Assembly: GCA_963662315.1 (NCBI GenBank)
Contig: OY759353.1
Coordinates: 576,001-640,000 of the forward strand
Source: Geopsychrobacteraceae bacterium
GTDB taxonomy: Bacteria > Desulfobacterota > Desulfuromonadia > Desulfuromonadales > Geopsychrobacteraceae
Direction: 5' to 3'
DNA length: 64,000 nucleotides
The notes under the pieces were generated by a model. It was not told the origin of the DNA and ran no database searches. It saw only the letters and a program-made list of their open reading frames with translations. Positions 31,664 to 40,233 of the stretch are shown one piece after another (within the stretch, counting starts at the first letter, position 1; every line of letters begins with the position of its first letter). A program made the translations under genes and the position numbers.

Positions 31664-33169
31664 ATGAAGAAATCTGACACTATCGCCCGCCAAAAACAAG
31701 AAATTGAGTCGCTACGCGAAGAAAATCATCTGCTGCGCCTGAAGGTTGACGCCTTGATCCGCCGGGTCTTTGGTGGCGGTCAAAGTGAAAAACTTTCCAG
31801 CGACCAACTGGAGATGTTCGACGACGACACGCCGGGGCAGTCCCAGGCTTGCGCTGAACCACCGACAGAAGCGCAAGCCGTGAAAAAGGCCCGAAAGAGC
31901 CAACCCCGTCGGCCCCGTTATCTCGAAGACCTTCCTGTTGTCGAGGAGATTCTTGATCCTGAAGCCGTCAAGGCGAATCCATCTCACTACCGTCACATTG
32001 GCCAAGAAGTCAGTGAGCAGCTCGACTATGAGCCGGGGCGTTTTTTCTTGCGTAAACAGATCCGCCGCACCTGGGTGAAGCGCAACGCTCCCGATGCCGT
32101 CCCTGTCACAGCTCCACTGCCACCAAAACTTCTTGAGCGTGGTCTCTTGGCTCCCGGCCTTCTGGCCCATATCGTCATCGGCAAATATGCAGATCATCTT
32201 CCCCTTTATCGGCAGGAACAAATCTTCAGCCAACGTTACGATGTTCACCTTGGCCGCAATACTCTGTGTCGCGCCGTTGAGCTTGTTGCCGGATGGTTAC
32301 AGCCCATAGCCCGGCGAATGTTTGAAAACCAGTTGGCCAGCGGATACGTTCAACTTGATGAAACCCCAGTGCGCTTTCTTAGTAAAAAGCCGGGTAAAAC
32401 ATCCAAAGGTTACTTGTGGGTGTGTAACGCCCCGCGCGGTGATACGGTATTTCACTGGGCTGCCGGACGCGGCTACGACCATCTGCAACGCTGGTTGCCC
32501 GCTGACTTTAACTGCATCATTCAAACTGACGAATATAAGCCCTATGACAAACTCGCAGCCGACTTTAAGGTGCCTGCCCATGCGCACTGCTGGGCACACG
32601 TGCGCCGCCGTTTTTATCAGGCTCTCGAAGCAGGAGAACATACGGTCCGTAACCGTTGGATTCTTCATCAGATCGGCCTGCTTTATCACATTGAAAGCAG
32701 ACTGCGTCAGCAACACGGCAGCCCTGCATTACGTGCCGTCGTTCGCACCTGGCAAAGTCGCCCGATCCTTGATCGTCTTTTTGTCGTCTTTGATCGCATG
32801 CTCAAAAACGGCAATTATAAACCGAAGACCATCACCGGCACGGCCATCGCCTATGCCCTGCGTCAACGTGAAGGACTTCAGGTCTACGTTGACCAAGGTC
32901 AGGTAGAAATCGACAACAACCTTGTTGAAAATGCCATCCGTCCGGCTGCTCTTGGTCGCAAAAACTGGCTGTTTATCGGTGATGAAGATGCTGGATGGCG
33001 CAGTGCTGTCATCTATAGCATCTTGCAAAGCTGTAAAACTCAAGGTATCGATCCCTACACCTACCTCAAAGACGTTCTCGAACGTCTTCCCCACATGACA
33101 ATTAAGGACATTGACCAGGTCACTCCAGCAGCCTGGGAGAAAACACGGATGTTAAAACGCGCATCGTAA
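31664..33169 (+). CDS. tnpC: IS66 transposase TnpC
   Basis: KYADHLPLYRQ, LDETP, CWAHVRR, IDNNLVENAIR, GRKNWLF. Confidence 0.95.
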   Translation: MKKSDTIARQKQEIESLREENHLLRLKVDALIRRVFGGGQSEKLSSDQLEMFDDDTPGQSQACAEPPTEAQAVKKARKSQPRRPRYLEDLPVVEEILDPEAVKANPSHYRHIGQEVSEQLDYEPGRFFLRKQIRRTWVKRNAPDAVPVTAPLPPKLLERGLLAPGLLAHIVIGKYADHLPLYRQEQIFSQRYDVHLGRNTLCRAVELVAGWLQPIARRMFENQLASGYVQLDETPVRFLSKKPGKTSKGYLWVCNAPRGDTVFHWAAGRGYDHLQRWLPADFNCIIQTDEYKPYDKLAADFKVPAHAHCWAHVRRRFYQALEAGEHTVRNRWILHQIGLLYHIESRLRQQHGSPALRAVVRTWQSRPILDRLFVVFDRMLKNGNYKPKTITGTAIAYALRQREGLQVYVDQGQVEIDNNLVENAIRPAALGRKNWLFIGDEDAGWRSAVIYSILQSCKTQGIDPYTYLKDVLERLPHMTIKDIDQVTPAAWEKTRMLKRAS

Positions 33170-33239
33170 GTGTCGTAGGTGTTCGCCTACGACATTTACG
33201 AATCTCTACCTGTCAATTGGGGCTACGCGGAACGCTTAC

Positions 33240-34028
33240 CACATTCCGGTAAAAATGGACCATACAACGTTGCCATTTGGTCTCCGGATAGTATTCGGCC
33301 AATGACTCTACCAGCCCCATACAGGCATCGGTTATAAACAGGCGAACACCGCGCAAGCCGCGCTCCTTCAAATGCCGCAGGAATCCAGACCAACCCGCCT
33401 TGTCTTCTTTGTGTCCCTCAGCAACACCGAGAATCTTGCGATAGCCATCACTGTTAACGCCGATCGCAACCAGGACAGAAACGTTGCTGACTTCTCCGGC
33501 CCAGGAACGTTTTAGAACGATACCATCCAGATAAACATAAGGAAATTCGTCCCCAATGGGCTGCTTCCGCCATTGCTCGATCTTTGTGTAGACTTTTTTA
33601 TTCAGATTGCTGATCGTTCCGGGACTGACTTTCGTGCCCCACAATGCTTCGGTAATATCCTCGACACGTCGAACCGATACGCCAGCTAAATACATTTCGA
33701 TCAAAGCTTCTTCAACGGATGCTTCCCGACGTTTGTAGCGTTCAATGATCGCTGTCTCAAAGGTCTGTTGCCTCAATTTAGGGACCTTTAAATTGACTTC
33801 ACCAGCCGTCGTTTGAAGTTTCCTTTGATAATGCCCGGCCCTGGTATCAGTACGTGCCTCATTTCGTTGGTATTTCTCAGCATTGCATAAGCGATCGGCT
33901 TCTGCATCCAACATGTCATTCAACGTCTGCTCGACGGTACTACGTACGATTTGACCCAAGTGATTTTTGACAGCAGCTTCATTCAGTTGAATGATCTTAT
34001 CTTGCTTTGGTGTACAATCATTTTCCAC
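33240..34028 (-). pseudogene. IS256 transposase, N-terminal part
   Basis: GTG 34028 after AAGGAG; MYLAGVSVRRV, YLDG, WQRCMVHF. Confidence 0.9.
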
Positions 34029-34133
34029 GGCAGTGTTCTCCTTTGGACTAGAGTTTGTGTTTGGCGATACAATTCTAAACATTTAGGACACTGCCGTGTC
34101 TTTTTAAAAAAGCGAAAAATATTTTACGTTATC

Positions 34134-34337
34134 TACAACACCGAGCACCTGCATTCGGCAATTGGCCACGTAACGCCAAAACAGTTACGAAGTGGAGAAG
34201 CGAAGGCGATTTTTGAGCGCAGAAATGCTGTCATGCAGCAAGCTCGGACAGCTTATCCAGAGCGCTGGGGATCAAGGGCGATGAAAGTCTGGGGGGCTCC
34301 ACAAGAGGTTGTGTTAAACCCTGAAAACAAGCGTTGA
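34134..34337 (+). pseudogene. IS3-family OrfB, 3' part
   Basis: YNTEHLHSAIGHVTP...PERW...VLNP immediately after the IS256 end. Confidence 0.85.
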
Positions 34338-34380
34338 TTGTTAAAAAACAGGCGACATCTTTGTTGACATTAACCGGGCC

Positions 34381-34470
34381 GGCCCTATTCAGGCAGATAT
34401 TCGTAAGTGCCGTAGGCGAACGCCTGCAACACTTACGAAGTATGTTTGACCGTACCTGTCTTGCTTACAG
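34381..34470 (-). mobile_element. Degenerate IS66-like right-end relic
   Basis: 34401-34438 matches the reverse complement of the IS66 subterminal palindrome (33164-33201) at 33/38 positions, with weaker similarity on both flanks. Confidence 0.55.
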
Positions 34471-34552
34471 AATGAAGCCCACTGTATTTGGCTTTTTTCA
34501 CAGAAAAAAGTTTAGTATAGCGTTTATGGCTCCTTACCTCTTGTACTTCTTT

Positions 34553-35236
34553 TTATAAATACTGTCGTTTTAATAAAATGAATAAAAGTCCGACTATATT
34601 TGCTGTAAAGAGAACGAATGATTTGGGCTCGGGTATGGGGACATTGCCGTCCGTTATTAACCAGGTTCCTGTTGCAGAATAAATTCTGTTCCAGATAGAA
34701 ACGGCGACTTCTCCTGGATTATCAACGCTATTGAGGTTGCCCAAAATAGTCAGGAGCGGCTCGCTTTCAATAAATGATAGGTTTGTATAATTAAAAATGA
34801 TGCCAGATTCATTTATTGTTAGTGCGGATTGAAACGCTGCACAGAAGGTGGTTGCAGTAAATTCTGTCCCATCATTTAGAATAAAGTGAAAATTAGCACT
34901 CAAAGAATAGGGAGCAGAGCTAGGTCCAGTACCATCTTCATAGTAAAATCCTCCATCTGACCATATGGTATTTTGGTATTTTGTGAAATAGGTGGTGTTA
35001 TATTCTAGGGTAGCTGAGCCTGAAACAGCTTTTAGTCCAGCCCCATAAGGATAGGGATAATCTGGATAGATTTCGTATATATTTATCGTGTCTGAATCAG
35101 GTATGTTTGTTGGTACAAATTTTAAAGATAGGGCTTGGTCATAAATTGAATAATTCTGATTGGGAAATGGGCTGGAATACGCAATGCCAGTCGTCACTGA
35201 AATTATCAGTAAAAGTATTGTTGTTTTAATAGTCAT
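34553..35236 (-). CDS. Secreted protein with variant PEP-CTERM sorting signal
   Basis: Signal peptide from ATG 35236 after a GGAGG RBS; C-terminus VPIPEPKSFVLFTANIVGLLFILLKR. Confidence 0.75.
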   Translation of the reverse strand: MTIKTTILLLIISVTTGIAYSSPFPNQNYSIYDQALSLKFVPTNIPDSDTINIYEIYPDYPYPYGAGLKAVSGSATLEYNTTYFTKYQNTIWSDGGFYYEDGTGPSSAPYSLSANFHFILNDGTEFTATTFCAAFQSALTINESGIIFNYTNLSFIESEPLLTILGNLNSVDNPGEVAVSIWNRIYSATGTWLITDGNVPIPEPKSFVLFTANIVGLLFILLKRQYL

Positions 35237-35310
35237 GCCCCCTCCGCTTTTTAAGCCGATCAATTAGACTTCATATTTTTTAATGTGATTGCGCCATTTC
35301 TTTTTTATAG

Positions 35311-35342
35311 AAAAAGCCCCACTTATGACTATAAGCAGGGCT
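35311..35342 (-). terminator. Intrinsic terminator after the upstream PEP-CTERM gene
   Basis: Minus strand AGCCCTGCTTAT-agtc-ATAAGTGGGGCT followed by T-tract. Confidence 0.65.
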
Positions 35343-35385
35343 ATTTCTTATGAAGACTACATTCTTTTAGGAGCTGCTAAAATTA

Positions 35386-36039
35386 TTAGCAACTAGATTT
35401 CCTACGATAAACTGCTAAACCAACTAGGCCAACGCCAAGAAGAATCATTGTAGCAGGTTCTGGAACCGGTGCCCCGCCAATCACATCATTAGCGCAATAG
35501 GGAGCATACGCGACTGCAAAACCCTCAGAGAAATCAATGTTTAGAGCAGATAGATCATAGGTTAGAACGCTGCCATCATATGTAGACAAGAGTCCGGAAA
35601 CCAAACTAAGATCATCAGATTCGATTCCGTTAGGATTGCCGATACGCCCACTAGCTGAGTATGTATAGTCAAATCCGGCCGCAACTTCATATACGCCAGT
35701 TGCGATAGGGTCCCAAATATCAGATTCTACAGCAACGTAATCCCAACTGTCCCAAGCCGTTCCTGTTCCGGTCATTGTGTAACTGTTGATAAACAGTGTG
35801 TCAAACAGAAGACGATTAGTAATGTAAATAGATACGCTCTGTAAGATACCGCTATCACTAACTTCAACGTCCATTGAAGAAATCTGTGGGTTGCCCACGG
35901 TGTCAAATTGTGATTGATACGTTTGAGCAGAATACCCCGGCCAGTTGATCCAATTGTCGTTAATAGTATAGGTGGACGCGAAAGCGCCGGTGGCAACGAG
36001 ACATAGTGCAAATAATAATGCTAAAACTTTTGATTTCAT
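35386..36039 (-). CDS. PEP-CTERM sorting domain-containing surface protein
   Basis: Signal peptide MKSKVLALL...AFA after GGAGGAGG; canonical VPEPATMILLGVGLVGLAVYRRK, preceded by a CANDVI motif. Confidence 0.93.
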   Translation of the reverse strand: MKSKVLALLFALCLVATGAFASTYTINDNWINWPGYSAQTYQSQFDTVGNPQISSMDVEVSDSGILQSVSIYITNRLLFDTLFINSYTMTGTGTAWDSWDYVAVESDIWDPIATGVYEVAAGFDYTYSASGRIGNPNGIESDDLSLVSGLLSTYDGSVLTYDLSALNIDFSEGFAVAYAPYCANDVIGGAPVPEPATMILLGVGLVGLAVYRRKSSC

Positions 36040-36114
36040 TTGTTTTTCCTCCTCCCGAAGGGACGTGAATGGTTCCAAGATGGATTGTTTGTCTCTTTAT
36101 CTGTCTATTTGGGG

Positions 36115-36132
36115 ATGCATTTTGTGGGCCAA
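36115..36132 (-). promoter_or_regulatory. sigma54 -24/-12 promoter of the PEP-CTERM gene
   Basis: Minus strand TTGGCCCACAAAATGCAT: GG-N10-GC, about 75 bp upstream of the ATG. Confidence 0.65.
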
Positions 36133-36258
36133 CCTTTAGTCCTGTGGCGGTCATTGTTTTGTTGATCACCTAACACCTTGATAATATGGATAAAAGTTGC
36201 AATTAATTTTATGGGAATTTCATTTTTTATATGACGATATGATCGTGAAAATTGTATG

Positions 36259-36275
36259 TGTCGGAATTGTTTACA
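36259..36275. promoter_or_regulatory. Candidate PrsR enhancer box 1 (TGT-N11-ACA)
   Basis: TGTCGGAATTGTTTACA; an inverted copy with one mismatch lies at 36385-36401. Confidence 0.65.
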
Positions 36276-36384
36276 TGAGACCTTTTGGGGTTATGATTTG
36301 GAAAAAGTAAGTAACGAATAAATTTTGCTATATTTGATAGTTAGTTACTGAAGACTTGCACAAATTTTGATTTTTTTGAAATTA

Positions 36385-36401
36385 TGTAAATAATTCCGAC
36401 A
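36385..36401. promoter_or_regulatory. Candidate PrsR enhancer box 2 (TGT-N11-ACA)
   Basis: TGTAAATAATTCCGACA, the reverse complement of box 1 at 16/17 positions. Confidence 0.65.
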
Positions 36402-36426
36402 GATTGTCGTGTCGATTAGGTTGTAG

Positions 36427-36442
36427 TGGTTAGGATTTTGCT
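36427..36442 (+). promoter_or_regulatory. Possible sigma54 promoter facing xrtA
   Basis: TGGTTAGGATTTTGCT: GG-N10-GC with TTGCT; the -24 region deviates from TGGCAC. Confidence 0.4.
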
Positions 36443-36797
36443 CAGATAGTCGCTTTTTAGATAAATGTTAATGAAAATTATTCATATTGAATATCGGACC
36501 TTACCTTGAAGGCTTTCTCGAAAGTGAATATTCGATAGCAACCCAAAGGGCTAAATCAAATTACATCTGAAGATAGAAAAGCTATATAGATAGAAATGAA
36601 TGCGGCCTGTAAATATTTTTGTTGCAAGTTTGCGATGCTTGCGAACAACTGGCTGTCTGTGAAAGATTCTGACGTTACTTGCAGTCATTAAGTTGCTTCT
36701 ATTATATTTAAAGAATATGGTTGGGATCGCTTTCTAGTCTGATTATTGTTAAGATGAGACCCAGGTTGATACATTTTGATAAATTCGTGGAGGGTTC

Positions 36798-37637
36798 ATG
36801 TCACCTATTGCTAAGGATGCTAAGTTGCAGATATTTTTCTGTTTTATCCTCGTTGCAGCGTTAATTGGCACCTATTTTAATATCTATACCGATATGTCAG
36901 TGCAGTGGAGTGACGATCCTAACTATTCTCATGGATTTCTGGTTCCAGTTATATCTGCGTATCTAATCTGGCAGAAAAAGGATGTGCTGGCAAAGCTGCA
37001 GATCAAGCCTGCAAATTCCGGTTTTCTTTTGATTTTATTTGGAATTGCCGCACTTCTGGCAGGTGTTGCCGCCCAGGAATTTTATTTGCGACGTTCTTCA
37101 AGTATTTTTATTTTGGCCGGAATAGTGTTGTTTCTGTTTGGTTGGCAGTGGTTTAAAGCTTTATGGCTGCCGATCGGTTTTCTGTTTTTTATGATTCCTC
37201 TCCCGTATATCGTTTATGACGCCATGGCATTTCCTCTTAAATTATTTGTTGCCAAGTTTTCCGTCATATCTTTGAAGCTCATGGGAGTTGTTGTCTTGAG
37301 GGAAGGGAATATCATTATGTTCCCTAACACGGTCCTCGAAGTGGCTGATGCCTGCAGCGGACTGCGCTCACTGATGTCGTTACTCGCTCTTGGGGTTGCC
37401 TTGGCTGTACTCACACAAAAACGTAAACTGGCTATGGCTTTAGTAGTGGTGTTGACTGTGCCAATTGCAGTGCTGACCAACATGATCAGAGTTATTGTGA
37501 CTGGTTACTTGGCTCAGTATTATGGTGCTGCCGCAGCCGAAGGTTTTTTTCATGAATTTGCCGGGATGGGAGTATTCCTGTTGGCGATGGTGATGTTGTT
37601 TATGGTCAGTGGGGTTATGCGGAAGGTGCTTAATTAG
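36798..37637 (+). CDS. xrtA: Exosortase A (EpsH family)
   Basis: YSHGFLVP; catalytic Cys in VADACSGLRS, Arg in NMIRV, His in FFHEFAG; multi-TM. Confidence 0.93.
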   Translation: MSPIAKDAKLQIFFCFILVAALIGTYFNIYTDMSVQWSDDPNYSHGFLVPVISAYLIWQKKDVLAKLQIKPANSGFLLILFGIAALLAGVAAQEFYLRRSSSIFILAGIVLFLFGWQWFKALWLPIGFLFFMIPLPYIVYDAMAFPLKLFVAKFSVISLKLMGVVVLREGNIIMFPNTVLEVADACSGLRSLMSLLALGVALAVLTQKRKLAMALVVVLTVPIAVLTNMIRVIVTGYLAQYYGAAAAEGFFHEFAGMGVFLLAMVMLFMVSGVMRKVLN

Positions 37638-37639
37638 GT

Positions 37640-37903
37640 AAAAGCTTGAACTTCAGGTTAAACGGCAGGTGCCCATTTCAATCAAATACGATGACCTGGT
37701 CATTGAAAATGGAGTTAGGGCAGATCTGGTTATTGAAGATTCTGTGGTCATAGAACTGATATCGGTCGAGTTGGTTAAACCTGTGCATAAAAAGCAGTTA
37801 CTAACGTATTTATCTCTTTCCCGTAAGAAACTTGGGTTGCTGATCAATTTTGGTGATTCGCTTCTAAAAAAATGGCATTACTTGAATAGTGAATTCATTG
37901 TAA
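37640..37903 (+). pseudogene. GxxExxY-family (PD-(D/E)XK nuclease-like) gene relic
   Basis: Only the C-terminal half remains (RADLVIEDSVVIEL...HKKQLLTYL...GLLINFG). The N-terminal GxxExxY motif is missing, there is a frameshift in an A-run near 37866 and a stop in the former tail. Confidence 0.8.
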
Positions 37904-37911
37904 TGGGTCTT

Positions 37912-37957
37912 CTCTGCGTTCTTTGCGTCTCTAATGAGCTTAGCGAATGGGCGTGAG
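37912..37957 (+). repeat. Composite palindromic element, copy B (right half only)
   Basis: CTCTGCGTT-CTTTGCGTC 9-mer units plus TGAGCTTAGCGAATGGGCGTGAG. Confidence 0.7.
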
Positions 37958-37971
37958 GAAAGGTTATATAT

Positions 37972-38610
37972 ATGTCCAAAATCAAAACTTGGCGGTTTAT
38001 TGTTATATTCGTAATTCTTGGTATTTCAGCCCTCTATGTACATACTCGTTCTGAAGCTTCCGTGCCAGTAAACAAACCACTGGATTTGTTTCCGCGTCAA
38101 TCTCAGGGCTGGGCTATGGTTGGGGAGGCGCGGTTTGATGAACGGGTGCTGGCGGTCCTGTTGCCTACGGATTATCTGTCCCGCAGTTATCGTGATGAAA
38201 ATGGGGATTTGATTGGGCTGTACCTGGGATATCATGACGGTGGTCCGGACAGTGGCCCGATCCATTCGCCCAAGCAGTGTCTGCCCGGCAGTGGCTGGAA
38301 TCCGGTTCATTCATCTATTCACCACATTGATGTCAATGGTACGAAGGTTTCCTACGTTAGTTCGCTGTATCAGAAAGATATCTCCAAGCAATTGTTTCTA
38401 TATTGGTTTCAGGTTGGCGACCAGTACCTGACCAATGAGTATGCACTGAAGTATTCTATGGCGAAAAACTCCTTGTTAAAAAATCGGCGCGAGTCGTCAT
38501 TTATTCGGATTGCTGTGCCTGTTGGCGATAGTGAAGAGAAAGCGCGCAAGATAGGGGAGTCATTTATTCTGGCGTTTGCACCGGCTATCTCTGATTCTTT
38601 ACCTAAGTAA
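37972..38610 (+). CDS. epsI: Exosortase-associated protein EpsI
   Basis: N-terminal anchor, DYLSRSY, IHSPKQCLPGSGW, YWFQ. Confidence 0.92.
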   Translation: MSKIKTWRFIVIFVILGISALYVHTRSEASVPVNKPLDLFPRQSQGWAMVGEARFDERVLAVLLPTDYLSRSYRDENGDLIGLYLGYHDGGPDSGPIHSPKQCLPGSGWNPVHSSIHHIDVNGTKVSYVSSLYQKDISKQLFLYWFQVGDQYLTNEYALKYSMAKNSLLKNRRESSFIRIAVPVGDSEEKARKIGESFILAFAPAISDSLPK

Positions 38611-38617
38611 AAGCTTG

Positions 38618-38781
38618 CCTCGCGCTGAGTTCGCCAAGGTCGCTGAGAAAAGCAGACTACTTGTCTACGAAAACAATATAAATTAATGAAGTAAAATCTT
38701 CATAATAACTCATAGTATGTTTTTAAGCTTTAACTTAGCGACCTCTGCGTTCTTGAGTGAGTAAAACGAACAGGCGAGAGG
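38618..38781 (+). repeat. Composite palindromic element, copy C (inner arms only)
   Basis: CCTCGCGCTGAGTTCGCCAAGGTCGCTGAG pairs with CTTAGCGACCTCTGCGTTCTT; then GAGTGAGTAAAACGAACAGGCGAGAGG. Confidence 0.75.
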
Positions 38782-38811
38782 TTATTATTTTATTGTCTCT
38801 GAGGGGGGACT

Positions 38812-40182
38812 ATGACTTATCCTGGTATTATCTTTCACGGTGCTACCCGTGGTGTGACGGGCTCTTGTCATGAGCTATGTATCAATTCTGAAAATTCAAT
38901 TCTGATAGATTGTGGCATTACTCAGGGGGACGATTCTGCTGACTTGGAAATTGATTTTCCCGTTGCTCATATTCGTGCTCTTGTTGTTACTCACGTTCAT
39001 ATCGACCATGTCGGTCGTATTCCGTACCTTCTTGCCGCCGGTTTTAACGGACCGATCTATTGTTCCGAGGCCTCTGCCGTTCTTTTGCCTTTAATGCTTG
39101 AAGATGCCCTTAAAATTGGATTTACGCGCAATAGTCATTTGATTACTCAATTCCTGAATAAAATAATAGAACTTATTGTGGCAGTTCCTTATAAGTCGTG
39201 GACCTCAATACCTCTCACTTCAGGGCAATTACAGATCAAACTGCAGTCCGCAGGGCATATTCTTGGATCTGCTTATGTTGAGTGTGAAACACTTGGGCAA
39301 CGCTATGTCTTTTCCGGGGATCTAGGTGCTCCATATGCTCCGTTACTGCCAGCTCCTCACTCACCATTCAGGGCTGATGTTTTGGTTTTGGAAAGTACTT
39401 ATGGAGATCGTTGCCATGAAGGAAGGCGTGAACGAAGGCAATTGTTGAAAAATGTCATCGAAAAGGCTTTCCAAAATTCAGGTGTTATTTTGATACCTGC
39501 CTTTAGTATTGGCCGGACTCAGGAGTTGCTCTATGAAATTGAGGAGTTGATTCATCGCTATGGCAGGCTCAGCCTGGATGCTCATTTGAAATGGGTTGAT
39601 CTGGACGTGGTGGTCGATTCTCCTCTGGCTGCTGCCTTTACTAAAACTTACCGTAAATTACGCAAGCATTGGGATGCTGAGGCATTATATAAGGTGTCGC
39701 ATGGACGGCATCCTCTTTCATTTGAACAGATCACGACCATCTCTTCCCATCAGGAGCATCTTCAGACGGTTGATTATCTGAAAAAAAAAGCACGTCCCTG
39801 CATTGTCATAGCTGGTAGCGGGATGTGCAGTGGCGGCCGCATTGTTAATTACCTGAAAAATCTGCTGGGTGATAGTCGTACGGATGTGTTGTTTGTCGGT
39901 TATCAGGCTGCCGGGAGTGCCGGGCGAGATATTCAAAAATATGGACCGACCGGTGGGTATGTTGATTTGGATGGCCAACACTTTTCAATAAAAGCGGGAA
40001 TACACACGATTCACGGTTATTCAGCTCATGCCGATCAGCAGAATTTGATCAATTTTGTCAAACGTACGCGACGTAAACCTAAAATGATTTACTTGGTGCA
40101 TGGAGAACAGCTTCCTAAGGAAGCTCTTAAAGCAGAACTGGTTAAGCTTGCGGATGGTATTGAGGTCATTATTCCTGATTGA
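38812..40182 (+). CDS. MBL-fold beta-CASP ribonuclease-like protein
   Basis: VTGSCH, THVHIDHVG, AGHILGS, ESTYG, GRTQE, SGMCSGGR, SAHADQ, VHGE. Confidence 0.92.
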   Translation: MTYPGIIFHGATRGVTGSCHELCINSENSILIDCGITQGDDSADLEIDFPVAHIRALVVTHVHIDHVGRIPYLLAAGFNGPIYCSEASAVLLPLMLEDALKIGFTRNSHLITQFLNKIIELIVAVPYKSWTSIPLTSGQLQIKLQSAGHILGSAYVECETLGQRYVFSGDLGAPYAPLLPAPHSPFRADVLVLESTYGDRCHEGRRERRQLLKNVIEKAFQNSGVILIPAFSIGRTQELLYEIEELIHRYGRLSLDAHLKWVDLDVVVDSPLAAAFTKTYRKLRKHWDAEALYKVSHGRHPLSFEQITTISSHQEHLQTVDYLKKKARPCIVIAGSGMCSGGRIVNYLKNLLGDSRTDVLFVGYQAAGSAGRDIQKYGPTGGYVDLDGQHFSIKAGIHTIHGYSAHADQQNLINFVKRTRRKPKMIYLVHGEQLPKEALKAELVKLADGIEVIIPD

Positions 40183-40233
40183 TTTGTTTCTGTTATATCG
40201 GTCAGTTGCGTGGTAGAGTGAATAAAACCTCAG

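Larger units (their letters stand above)
30816..33239 (+). mobile_element. IS66-family element, apparently intact (2424 bp)
   Basis: IRs GTAAGCGTTCCGC / GCGGAACGCTTAC; 8 bp TSD CACATTCC at 30808-30815 and 33240-33247; tnpA-tnpB-tnpC. Confidence 0.95.
30332..34133 (-). mobile_element. IS256-family element interrupted by IS66
   Basis: IRs GGTAGTGTAAAGAATCTTTCGCTTTTTT (30332) and reverse complement GATAACGTAAAATATTTTTCGCTTTTTT (34133); split mutator-type transposase inside. Confidence 0.9.
29003..34376 (+). mobile_element. IS3-family element interrupted by IS256 (ends uncertain by about 5 bp)
   Basis: Imperfect IRs ...AACATAGATGTCGCCT (about 29014-29029) and AGGCGACATCTTTGTT (34350-34365), with GGCC on both flanks. 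Contains orfA, an A9 slippery site and a split orfB. Confidence 0.85.

Noticed and set aside
33951..34337. 128-aa ORF as an independent gene
   Set aside because: It is a chimera of antisense IS256 end sequence and the displaced IS3 orfB tail.
34334..34558. 74-aa ORF after the IS3
   Set aside because: It spans the IS3 right end and the IS66-like relic, with no RBS or protein features.
35281..35300. sigma54 promoter for the second PEP-CTERM gene (TGGCGC on the minus strand)
   Set aside because: The -12 GC dinucleotide is absent at the required distance.
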